A stretch of 18,847 nucleotides of DNA. Origin: Candidatus Eiseniibacteriota bacterium. Its GTDB lineage: Bacteria > Eisenbacteria > RBG-16-71-46 > CAIMUX01 > VGJL01. A program made the position numbers and the translations under genes. Each line of letters begins with the position of its first letter. The first letter of the stretch is position 1. Shown here one piece after another: positions 8,575 through 16,921 of this stretch. The notes beneath the pieces were generated by a model, which searched no databases, was not told the origin of the DNA, and saw only the letters and a list, made by a program, of their open reading frames with translations. The stretch covers positions 1 to 18,847 of the forward strand of contig JBHGAY010000048.1 in NCBI GenBank assembly GCA_041946735.1, given 5' to 3'.

Positions 8575-9369
8575 CTACTCGATCTCATAGACCGCCAGCA
8601 CGGGCCAGTGGTCCGACGGGCTCATCCCGTCCTCGTGGCACTGGGGCACCAGAGCTGCGATGGCGCGCGCCTTGCCGTTGCTCACGATCCAGTCGATCGT
8701 CTCGCTCGGCAGTCCCCATCCGGACGGCTTCGTGGTGGCCGTGATCGAAGGGGACGTTGGGGGCGCCAGCAGGCCCAGTTCGCCGAAGCAGTTCGGCCAG
8801 CCCGCCTCGCGCATCATCTTCGCCGGATGGTACGGGTCGTTCCAGTCGCCCGTGAAGAACGCCGGCTCGCCGTCTCGCACGACCCGGCCGAGCGCCTCGA
8901 TCGCCCGCCGGGTCTGCCCGATCCGCAACGATCGCTCTTCCTCGATCTCCCGCTTGTGGCCGCGATGCGTGAGGTGCGCAGTGCCGGCGAAGATCGTCCT
9001 CTCCGGGGCGGAGGCGGGGCCCGAAGCGCCGGCGGCATCGCTCGACCGTAAGCGCAGGCGGACCCAGAAGAGCCTCCGGTATTCCTCCTCGATTCCGATC
9101 TCCTCGGCCCCGTGCTCCACCTCCTCGAGGTGGAGGGCATTCCAGTAGATGTTCCCTTGCACGGTCCAGCCGGGGAAGCTGTCGTGCACACGCGCGTGCT
9201 GCGGAAGCATCCGGTCGAGGCTCTCCTGGGTCTCCTTGCGCAGCTCCTGCACACAGAGGATGTCGGGCAGGAACGTGGTCACGAACCGGCGGAGGGCGGG
9301 CTCCCGTTCGGGCCAACGCTGCACATTCCACAGGTTGTACGTCACGATCGAGAGTCGCGCGGGGAACAT
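8575..9369 (-). CDS. Endonuclease/exonuclease/phosphatase (EEP) family protein
   Basis: Likely start ATG 9369 with GGAGG SD, not 12543. Motifs TYNL, PDILCVQE, TAHL, GDWN, IDWI, SDHWPV. Confidence 0.9.
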   Translation of the reverse strand: MFPARLSIVTYNLWNVQRWPEREPALRRFVTTFLPDILCVQELRKETQESLDRMLPQHARVHDSFPGWTVQGNIYWNALHLEEVEHGAEEIGIEEEYRRLFWVRLRLRSSDAAGASGPASAPERTIFAGTAHLTHRGHKREIEEERSLRIGQTRRAIEALGRVVRDGEPAFFTGDWNDPYHPAKMMREAGWPNCFGELGLLAPPTSPSITATTKPSGWGLPSETIDWIVSNGKARAIAALVPQCHEDGMSPSDHWPVLAVYEIE

Positions 9370-9406
9370 CGGTGTCCTCCCTGGGGGTTCCGGGTCGTGT
9401 TCGTCG

Positions 9407-9415
9407 ATCGTAGCA
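9407..9415 (-). promoter_or_regulatory. Putative extended -10 element for the EEP gene
   Basis: TGcTACGAT on the minus strand about 40 nt upstream of the start. Confidence 0.35.
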
Positions 9416-9456
9416 TCCTCGCCGGCCCGGAGCGGCTTTCCCGTGTGAGCTTGCTC

Positions 9457-9521
9457 TTTTCGAGTTCCTTCGTGTTCGTTTCGCGTTCGTTCCTTTCGCG
9501 TTCGTTCCTTTCGAGTTCGTT
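9457..9521. repeat. Pyrimidine-rich 15-bp minisatellite (TTTCGCGTTCGTTCC, about 3 copies plus degenerate upstream copies)
   Basis: Copies at 9479-9493, 9494-9508 and 9509-9521, with related TTTTCGAGTTCCTTCGTGTTCG before them. Confidence 0.75.
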
Positions 9522-9642
9522 GCGCCGGCCGCGCGCGTCCGGTACCCTTCGCCCGGATCGTTTCAGGGGGACGAACGACCGTGATCCGACCGGTGCGCAG
9601 GCCGGGGAGCCGGCGCACGAGCGAGACGTCGAGATGAGGGGC

Positions 9643-12510
9643 ATGGACGAGGAGCACAACCGCCGGCCGGCTGATCCGTCGCCGGACGTCGAGACGCGGG
9701 GGATGCCGGAACCGGCGACCCAGGCGATGCAGGATCCCGAAACCGGGGCGATGCCCGATTCCGAAGACCCGGAGATGGGCGCGCGCCCCAAGGAGGCGGC
9801 CGCGATCGACAGCGCCGGAGAGCGGTTCGTCCCCGGGACGATCCTCGCCGGGCGCTATCGAATCGTGGGGACGCTGGGACGCGGCGGGATGGGAGAGGTC
9901 TTCCGCGCGGTCGACATCCGCCTCGGGCAGACGGTCGCGCTGAAGTTCCGGCCGCGGGGCTCGGAGACCGACGTCACGCGCCTGCTGCACGAGGTTCGCG
10001 TCGCGCGTGAGATCGCGCATCCCAACGTCTGCCGGATCTACGACATCGTCGAGAGCGGCGATGAGCAGTTCCTCGCGATGGAGTACGTCGACGGGGAGGA
10101 CCTTTCCTCGCTGCTGCGCCGCATCGGTCGCGTCCCGGGCGACAAGGCGATCGAGATCGCGCGCCAGCTCTGCTCCGGGCTCGCCGGGATTCACGATCGC
10201 GGAGTCCTTCATCGCGATCTGAAGCCGGCGAACGTGATGCTCGACGGACGCGGCCGTGTCCGGATCACCGACTTCGGAATCGCCTCGAGCGGAGCGGGAC
10301 GCAAGGAGGATCGACAGCTCGCGGGAACTCCCGCGTACATGGCGCCGGAACTGCTCGCGGGCGGCGAGGCGACGCGGCAGAGCGACCTCTACGCGCTCGG
10401 CGCGCTGCTCTACGAGGTCTTCACGGGGAAGCACCCGTTCGCGACCGCGACGGCGGGGGGCGGGGCGCGCGATCGTCTCGCTCCCGGTCCGGCCCCCGCG
10501 CCGTCGACTCTGCTCTCCGACATGCATCCGGCCGTCGAGCAGGTCATCCTGCGGTGCCTCGATCCGGATCCGGCGCTGCGGCCTCCGTCGGTGATGGCAG
10601 TTGCCGCCGCGCTTCCCGGATTCGACCCTCTCGCCGAAGCGGTCGCGGCGGGTCAGACTCCATCCCCCGAGATGGTGGCGGAGGCGGGGAAGAGCGGCGC
10701 TCTGAGCGCTCGCTCCGCCCTCGGACTGCTGAGCGGCGCGTTCATCCTGATGCTGACCGTCACCGTCCTTCAGTCGAGCACCAACGTCGTCAACCGCCTT
10801 CCGATCGACAAGCCGCCGGCTGTGATGAACGAGCGGGCGATGCAGATCCTGAAGGAGCAGGGGTACACGGCGAGGCCCGCGCAGCGGATCGGCCGCTACG
10901 AGACGCTGCGCGACTCCTCGCGCCCTCTGCCGCGGACGCCGCCCGGATTCGATCTGCGGGGCGAGGCGGCCAAGACCCGTCCCTGGCCGGTCGTCTACCG
11001 CTACCGCAGCAGCCCGCGGGCGATGCTGCCGCATGGCCGGCTGATCGGAGCGGACGATCCGCCGTTCATTCGCGCCGGCATGACGCGCCTCACGCTCGAT
11101 CTCGAAGGCCGGCTCGTCGCCTTCGAGGTCGTCGCTCCGGGGGGACCGGACAGCGCCGGTGCTGCGGCTGCCGCGCCTGCGCCTGCGTCTGCCGTGCCTG
11201 CGCCTGCGGCTGCGGCGCAAACCGCTGCCTCTGCGGCTGCCGCGCAAGCGGCTACGACTACCGCCATGTCGGCGGCCGTGGCCGTCCAGCCCGACTGGTC
11301 GACGCTCTTCACGAGCGCGGGACTGAAGATGTCGGACTTCCGCGAGGAGACGCCCGTCCGCGCGCCGGCCGTGCCATCGGACCACGTGCAGGGCTGGCGT
11401 GGGGCGCTTCCGGAATCGCCATCCGACACGCTGCGAATCGCAGCCGGCAGCTACGGCGGCCGGCCCGTCTCGTTCGTGATCTACGGATCCCGTGGGTGGA
11501 GTGGAGCGGTGGAGGAGAGGGTCGACCCCGAGCCCGGCTCGCTCACGATCGCGTGGGCGGTGATTGCGATGGCCGTCCTCACGGCGCTGTTCCTCGGGAT
11601 CGCCGGCTTCGTCTATCTCGCCTACCGTCGCGGCCGATGGGATCGCCGCCTGGCACGGAACACCGCGGTGAGCCTCTTCGTCATGACCTTGGTAGGTTGG
11701 CTCCTCTCGTCCGACCTTCCCGCCGGGATTCAGGCGCTCGGCAGCATCCCGAAGGCTCTGAAGCACGGGCTGCTGATCGGGGCTCTCTGCTGGCTCCTCT
11801 ACGTGGCGCTCGAACCGCTCGGACGGCGCTACTGGCCCCACGGGGTGATCGGCTGGACGCGCCTCACCTCGGGACGCTTCCGGGACCCCCTCGTCGGCCG
11901 CGACATCCTGGCCGGGGCGTTGCTCGGAATCCTCGCAGGCCTGCTCGGAGTGCTGGCGCAGAGCTACCTCCCGCGATGGGTCGGGGACCCGCCGGCGATC
12001 GAGATGCTTCACAAGGCGGGCAACTCCCTCGGCCTCGGCGGGGGAAGGAGGGCGCTCGGGATGCTGCTCACCATCCTCCCGCAGACTCTCTTCGGCTCCG
12101 TCGTCCTGTTCTTCCTCTACCTGCTCCCGCGAACCTTCCTGCGGAATCGGATCGCCGCGCTGGCGATCACGTTCGGCGCCTACCTCGCGATACGCATGGT
12201 CGGGGAATCGGCGCGCGGGACGACCTGGCCCGCGGCGATCCTCGAGGTCGGCGCCGCCGTCGTCCTTCTCGCGGGGATGATCCGCTTCGGGATCCTGACG
12301 GGACTCGTCGCGTCCTTCTGCCTGGGATTGCTGCGCGCCTTCCCGTTCACCTGGGACCTGTCCCTCTGGTATGCGGGCGTCGGGGCGACCGGAGTCGTCG
12401 TGGTTGCGTCGATCGCCGCCTACGGCGCCTGGGTGGCTTCGCGCCGGAAGCTGGGGACGCAAGGGACCGCATCGGCCGCAACGCTTGGGCGGCGGACGAC
12501 CTCGATCTGA
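9643..12510 (+). CDS. Hanks-type Ser/Thr protein kinase with extracytoplasmic domain and C-terminal multi-TM membrane domain
   Basis: Kinase motifs GRGGMGEV, VALK, HPNV, HRDLKPAN, DFG, GTPAYMAPE, DLYALG. One TM after the kinase, a roughly 250-aa soluble region, then about 8 hydrophobic helices. Start uncertain (ATG 9634 or 9643; GAGGGG precedes 9643). Confidence 0.9.
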   Translation: MDEEHNRRPADPSPDVETRGMPEPATQAMQDPETGAMPDSEDPEMGARPKEAAAIDSAGERFVPGTILAGRYRIVGTLGRGGMGEVFRAVDIRLGQTVALKFRPRGSETDVTRLLHEVRVAREIAHPNVCRIYDIVESGDEQFLAMEYVDGEDLSSLLRRIGRVPGDKAIEIARQLCSGLAGIHDRGVLHRDLKPANVMLDGRGRVRITDFGIASSGAGRKEDRQLAGTPAYMAPELLAGGEATRQSDLYALGALLYEVFTGKHPFATATAGGGARDRLAPGPAPAPSTLLSDMHPAVEQVILRCLDPDPALRPPSVMAVAAALPGFDPLAEAVAAGQTPSPEMVAEAGKSGALSARSALGLLSGAFILMLTVTVLQSSTNVVNRLPIDKPPAVMNERAMQILKEQGYTARPAQRIGRYETLRDSSRPLPRTPPGFDLRGEAAKTRPWPVVYRYRSSPRAMLPHGRLIGADDPPFIRAGMTRLTLDLEGRLVAFEVVAPGGPDSAGAAAAAPAPASAVPAPAAAAQTAASAAAAQAATTTAMSAAVAVQPDWSTLFTSAGLKMSDFREETPVRAPAVPSDHVQGWRGALPESPSDTLRIAAGSYGGRPVSFVIYGSRGWSGAVEERVDPEPGSLTIAWAVIAMAVLTALFLGIAGFVYLAYRRGRWDRRLARNTAVSLFVMTLVGWLLSSDLPAGIQALGSIPKALKHGLLIGALCWLLYVALEPLGRRYWPHGVIGWTRLTSGRFRDPLVGRDILAGALLGILAGLLGVLAQSYLPRWVGDPPAIEMLHKAGNSLGLGGGRRALGMLLTILPQTLFGSVVLFFLYLLPRTFLRNRIAALAITFGAYLAIRMVGESARGTTWPAAILEVGAAVVLLAGMIRFGILTGLVASFCLGLLRAFPFTWDLSLWYAGVGATGVVVVASIAAYGAWVASRRKLGTQGTASAATLGRRTTSI

Positions 12511-12559
12511 AATCGCAGGCGCAGCGTATCGCCGGGGGCGCACGTCGTGTCCGCCGCCG

Positions 12560-12823
12560 TCAATCCAGCCAGTCCTGCTGGATCCGCGCGATCCGGGAGA
12601 GGACAGCGCGCCCCGTCCCGCTCAGCCCTTGCGGGTCGAGGGCTCGCTCGATCGCCCGGGTCTCCCGCTGCAAGTCGAAGAGGCGCTCGCGCTGCTCCTC
12701 GGAGAGGTCGAGCCAGGCGGGCGAGGGGAGGATGACTCCGAGCGCGTCACGCTCGCGGTAGGCGGACGCCGCCTGCTCGATCGTCGTCCCAGCCGGATCG
12801 TCCGGCCGGAGCCTGTCGGTCAT
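12560..12823 (-). CDS. Hypothetical 87-aa protein translationally coupled to the upstream sigma-4-like ORF
   Basis: GGAGG SD. ATG overlaps the upstream TGA (ATGA at 12820-12823). Protein-like helical sequence (AASAYRERD...PAWLDLSEEQRERLFD...IERALDPQGLSGTGRAVLSRI). Confidence 0.7.
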   Translation of the reverse strand: MTDRLRPDDPAGTTIEQAASAYRERDALGVILPSPAWLDLSEEQRERLFDLQRETRAIERALDPQGLSGTGRAVLSRIARIQQDWLD

Positions 12824-13062
12824 CGAAGCACCTCCTCGACCCGGTAGCCGCGGTGGCGCAGGCAGTCCCTCAGGTGCTCCCGCGCGCGCCCGAAGTTCTT
12901 CAGGAAGGTGTTGACCGTCATTCGCAAGCCGCGGGCCAGGTCGCGGTCGGGGGCCGATCCCGCCGAGGCGATCCGGGCCATCATCACCCGATGCTGCGTT
13001 GGCGATAGGCGATCGATGCATTCGCGGATCGCTCGCTCGAGCTGGGGATCGGGCAGCGCCAA
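12820..13062 (-). pseudogene. ECF sigma-70 region-4-like HTH fragment (5'-truncated sigma factor or stand-alone sigma-4 protein)
   Basis: LERAIRECIDRLSPTQHRVMMAR...DRDLARGLRMTVNTFLKNFGRAREHLRDCL matches the ECF region-4 pattern (L..C+..L....R.+....+A..L......+.....RAR..LR.CL). No region 2 and no SD-linked start; nearest candidate is TTG 13062. Confidence 0.55.
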
Positions 13063-13087
13063 GCAATGGAATCGCCGGACGAAGACA

Positions 13088-13163
13088 GCGGAGGGGACGA
13101 GCCGCTTCGCAGCGATCCGTCCCCTCCGCGTCCGATGGGGGGGGGCGCCAGTCAGTGGCGCCC
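13088..13163 (-). terminator. Two GC-rich hairpins downstream of the S8 protease gene
   Basis: GGGCGCCA-gtcag-TGGCGCCC (13143-13163) and GCGGAGGGGACG...CGTCCCCTCCGC (12-bp stem, 13088-13129, with inner CGCT-tcgc-AGCG). Confidence 0.5.
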
Positions 13164-13186
13164 AACCAGACGAGGCCGTGAAGATG

Positions 13187-16087
13187 CTAGCGCACGAGCA
13201 GGACCTTCTCGTTCGCCGTCTCCCGATCGCTCGAGATCCGGACGAAGTAGACACCGCCAGGGACGGCCCGGCCCAGGTCGTCTTTACCGTCCCAGCCGAT
13301 CGTGTGGCCTCCGGCCATCTGCCATCCGTTCCAGAGGGAGCGGACCCGCCGGCCCGCAGCGTCGAAGATCGAGATCTCCACGTCGCCGTTGCGCGGGATC
13401 GCGTAGCGGACGTCCGCGGCCGCCCGCATCGGGTTGGGCCCGATGGTCGCCTGGAACGCCGTCGACACCGGCGGCTGCGAAGCGGGGACCTCGAGGCTCG
13501 GACGCTCCTCGAGGGCGACCGCGCGTCCGGTCCGTCCCGCGAGAAGCAGTCCCGTCATCCGCGACTCGGTGGCGTCGTGCGAACCCCAGCGCCGCACGAG
13601 CGGCACCTCGATCGTCACCGGCTCCTGGCCCGCCGCGATGGCTCCGGCCAGCGCGTAGACGACGAGCTTCTCCTGGCCGAGCCGCGAGACGTGCGCAACG
13701 CGGACGTTCGCGCCGGCTCCGCGGACGGCCGGATCGCCGGCCACCTCGAAGCCGCGCGCCGGGATGAAGCTCATCTCGACGCCGGCGATGTCCCCCGCGC
13801 GCAACGTGAACCGGTAGGAATCCTCGTTGACCCCCTCGCCCCAGGCGATCGGCGTCGACGGTCCCTCGGAAGCGGCGAGGGCGCCGTCCGCCGGCCGGCC
13901 CGGCTCTCCGCCGTTCAGGATGATGTTCACGATCGCGACGACGTCGAGGATGTTGATCGAGCCGTTGCCGTCGACGTCGGCGCAGGCGCGCGGTCCCTCG
14001 CCCAGCGGCTGCAGCTGGAGGATGTCGTTGACCGTCGCCACGACGTCGAGGACGTTGACCGAGTTGTCCGCGGTCGCGTCGCCCGAGCGGGTCGCGCACT
14101 GGGGAGGACCGCCGCCGCCGACTGCGTCGACCGCCGCTTTCACGTCGAGCTTGCCGGCTCCGAACTTGCGGTTCGGCGTCGTGCCTGTCCAGTTGTCCGA
14201 GCGCGCGGTGTCCTGAAGGATCGTCTTCACCTGGCTCGGGGTGAGCGTTGGGTCCTTCTGGAGCATCAGGGCGATGGCGCCGGCGACGTGCGGGGTGGCC
14301 ATCGAGGTCCCGGGCATGATCACGTACTTCTGCGTCGGATCGGTGGTCGCCGGTTCGTTGTCCGATCCGGCCGCGAAGACCGACATGATCCAGGCGCCCG
14401 GCGCGGAAAGGTCCGGCTTCGCGGCGCCATGGCGCAGCGGCCCCCACGAGCTGAAGGAGCTGATGTCTCCCACCTCGTTCTCGTTCAGCGCCTGGTAGTG
14501 GCCGTCGAGACCATCCCATTCGAGCTTCGTGTTGTACGAGCCGACCGTGATCACTCCGGAGCAGCTTCCCGGCATCCCGACGATCGCCTCGTCGTTGGCT
14601 CCGGTCGTCACCCGGATGTTCGGCTGGTTGCGCTCGCAGAAGAGATCGACGACACCGCCCGAGGGCAGGGCGTTCTCGGCGATCGCGCGGATCGTCCAGT
14701 TCCCTCCCTCCACGCCGTTGGTCCGGTTCTGGATGATGTAGGAGGCGTAGCCCTGGCCGTTCACGGCCGAGGAGGTGGTCGTCCAGTAGAAGACCGAGTC
14801 GGAATGTGCGGTGCGCGTCCCGGGATATTGATCGAGCGGGATCGAGGACGGAACGTCGATCGTCGCGCCGCTCGGAGTCTGGACCTGCCACCGGAAGGCG
14901 TCTCCCTGATCGTACCAGCACTCGAAGAAGACCATGCCGCGCGCGCCCTGGGAGACGTCGTGCTGGATCACGAACGTTCCCTGTCCGCCCGGCGAGACGT
15001 CGGCGCGGCCGTGCCACGCCTCGTCTTGATCATTCCCGGACGCAACGCAGACGATCAGGTTGTCGTTCTGGATCATCTGGTTGTATGCCGTCTCGAAGAG
15101 GGTCGTCCCGTCGTGGGGCCCCATCATCGTGCCCTGGCTCTGGTTGACGACGAGCGGCTTGCCGAGCTGATCCCTCTTTTGCAGGAACCACTGCAGCGCG
15201 TCGATCGAACCCTTCGTGTCCTGCGGGCCGTAGGGAGGCATCCCCCCTCCGTAGCAGAACATGTCGCACCATCCGTTACGGACGGCGAGGATGTCCGCCT
15301 CCCAGGCGACACCGCGGTACTTGAGCGTCGGAGTCGAGGAGCCGTCGCCGACCGCGATCCCGGCAACGTGCGCGCCGTGGCCGCCGAAGTCGATGAAACT
15401 GGTCGCCTGCCCCGCGTCGATCTGTGACTTCGAGTACTCCGTCCCGTAGCCGAAGCCGGCGGGCGGGGCCCCGTCGATCCACTGATCCCAGACGTAGAGG
15501 GCGCGCGTCTTTCCCTGCCCGTCCTTGAAGTCGTCGTGGGTGAGATCGATCCCGTCGTCGAGGAGGCCGAACAGGACGCCGCGGCCGGTGTAGCCGCCCG
15601 CTCCGTTGACCAGGTTCGCCCGCACTTCCGGAACCGAGACGTCGAGGTTCGCCTCCATCCGGTACGACGCCTCGACCGCGTCGATCCCCGGATCGGAGCC
15701 GAGAAGCTCGAGCGTCTCCGCCGTCACCACCGCCGTGACAATGTCCCCGACGCGGGAGTCCGGCTCGGCTCCGAGCGCGGCCAACTCCGCGTCGGAGAGG
15801 CTCGTCCGGATCAGGACCGGATAGCGGATCTCCTCGAACGAGTCGCCGAGCAGCCGGATCTGCCGCCCCAGCGGGGCCAGGGTGCGGGCATTCTTCTCGG
15901 GAGTCGCGAGCGTGAGAAGCAGCCGCGGATCGAGCTTGCGGGCGGCCTCCCGCGAGACGGGTAGCGGCCGCGACAGCGACCGCTCTCCATGTGTCGTGTC
16001 CATCCCTTCCGCCCGCGCCGCGCTCCCCATGGGGAGCGCCAACGGCAAGAGAAGGAGGAGCGCCATTCGCGAAGTCAGGTTCTTCAA
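13187..16087 (-). CDS. Secreted S8 (subtilisin, CspA-like) serine protease with dockerin, cohesin-like module and C-terminal FlgD-Ig sorting-type domain
   Basis: Start TTG 16087 (GGAGG SD) or ATG 16102. Signal peptide ending AARA. Triad LDDGID / HGAHVAGIA / GTSMATPHVAG; oxyanion ASGND followed by a roughly 140-aa insertion. Dockerin duplicated loops GDATADNSVNVLDVV and ADVDGNGSINILDVV. C-terminus PNPM...IFDAAGRRV...WDG...GVYF. Confidence 0.92.
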   Translation of the reverse strand: MKNLTSRMALLLLLPLALPMGSAARAEGMDTTHGERSLSRPLPVSREAARKLDPRLLLTLATPEKNARTLAPLGRQIRLLGDSFEEIRYPVLIRTSLSDAELAALGAEPDSRVGDIVTAVVTAETLELLGSDPGIDAVEASYRMEANLDVSVPEVRANLVNGAGGYTGRGVLFGLLDDGIDLTHDDFKDGQGKTRALYVWDQWIDGAPPAGFGYGTEYSKSQIDAGQATSFIDFGGHGAHVAGIAVGDGSSTPTLKYRGVAWEADILAVRNGWCDMFCYGGGMPPYGPQDTKGSIDALQWFLQKRDQLGKPLVVNQSQGTMMGPHDGTTLFETAYNQMIQNDNLIVCVASGNDQDEAWHGRADVSPGGQGTFVIQHDVSQGARGMVFFECWYDQGDAFRWQVQTPSGATIDVPSSIPLDQYPGTRTAHSDSVFYWTTTSSAVNGQGYASYIIQNRTNGVEGGNWTIRAIAENALPSGGVVDLFCERNQPNIRVTTGANDEAIVGMPGSCSGVITVGSYNTKLEWDGLDGHYQALNENEVGDISSFSSWGPLRHGAAKPDLSAPGAWIMSVFAAGSDNEPATTDPTQKYVIMPGTSMATPHVAGAIALMLQKDPTLTPSQVKTILQDTARSDNWTGTTPNRKFGAGKLDVKAAVDAVGGGGPPQCATRSGDATADNSVNVLDVVATVNDILQLQPLGEGPRACADVDGNGSINILDVVAIVNIILNGGEPGRPADGALAASEGPSTPIAWGEGVNEDSYRFTLRAGDIAGVEMSFIPARGFEVAGDPAVRGAGANVRVAHVSRLGQEKLVVYALAGAIAAGQEPVTIEVPLVRRWGSHDATESRMTGLLLAGRTGRAVALEERPSLEVPASQPPVSTAFQATIGPNPMRAAADVRYAIPRNGDVEISIFDAAGRRVRSLWNGWQMAGGHTIGWDGKDDLGRAVPGGVYFVRISSDRETANEKVLLVR

Positions 16088-16143
16088 CCGTCTACCCTCC
16101 ATCGGCGGCTCGGCGCGGGTCGTCCCCGGCGAGCCTTCTGCGG

Positions 16144-16812
16144 TCAACCGGATCGTTCGTTCGAGAGCTTCTGAAGAAATGCGAGGACGGCGGACTCGAA
16201 GCTCGGATAGGTGACCCCGCCGATCGTCCAGGTCACGGGATTCCCGGCCTCGATGCTGCTCGCCTGGATCTGATTCGCGGCGTCGAGCGCTTGCGCGATC
16301 TGGTTCTTTCCCGCCAGCGCGAACGCCTCGACCAACACCAGGTCTTCGACGTTGAAGCTCGGCCGGTGCGAGAAGATGAACGACGGATTCGCAAGACGGG
16401 CCGCCTGCGCGTCGGTGATCGCGGAGCTGAGGTACAGGTCGCTTCCGAGAGCCAGCGCGGCCGCTGCCCGACCGGCGCGCAGGTCCGCGCCGGTCTCGCC
16501 ATGCTGGCTGGCGTTCTCGAACGCCGCGATCGCGGTCGCCAGCTCGGTCGAGCCGCTCGCCCGGCTGAGGTGGGTCCATCCCTTCCCGACGTATGCGGGG
16601 CCGTAGGTGGCATCCGCCTTGATGGCGGCGTCGAACGACTCCATCGCGGCGCCGAAGTCGCCTTGCTCGAACTCCGTCCAGCCTTCCGACGTCAACTCTT
16701 CCGGTGTCCCCGGTTCCACGATGTTGCTGCCCCCGTCCCCCCCGCCGCACGAAAGGCCGCCCGCGAGGAGCAGCAGCGCCAGCAGCCGGGCGGCACGGTC
16801 GATCCTTCTCAT
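16144..16812 (-). CDS. TPR-containing lipoprotein
   Basis: GGAGAGAGG SD and ATG 16812. Lipoprotein signal MRRIDRAARLLALLLLAGGLS-C. TPR-like helices GWTEFEQGDFGAAMESFDAAIKADATYGPAYVGKGWTHL. Confidence 0.85.
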   Translation of the reverse strand: MRRIDRAARLLALLLLAGGLSCGGGDGGSNIVEPGTPEELTSEGWTEFEQGDFGAAMESFDAAIKADATYGPAYVGKGWTHLSRASGSTELATAIAAFENASQHGETGADLRAGRAAAALALGSDLYLSSAITDAQAARLANPSFIFSHRPSFNVEDLVLVEAFALAGKNQIAQALDAANQIQASSIEAGNPVTWTIGGVTYPSFESAVLAFLQKLSNERSG

Positions 16813-16921
16813 CGATTCCTCTCTCCGGGCCTTCGACGGTTCCCGGGTCGTCTCCTGGTTCGTGGTCTTCGCGGCGCAGGCCGCCCGCGCGGATCTCAAC
16901 GCATCTCGCATCGCATCCTCC

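Noticed and set aside
9370..12543. 1322-aa ORF as a giant EEP fusion protein
   Set aside because: The portion upstream of 9369 is antisense to the kinase. The EEP domain has its own SD and ATG at 9369.
16103..16750. N-terminal extension of the S8 protease ORF to 16750
   Set aside because: It overlaps the TPR lipoprotein in another frame. The signal peptide and SD place the start at about 16087-16102.
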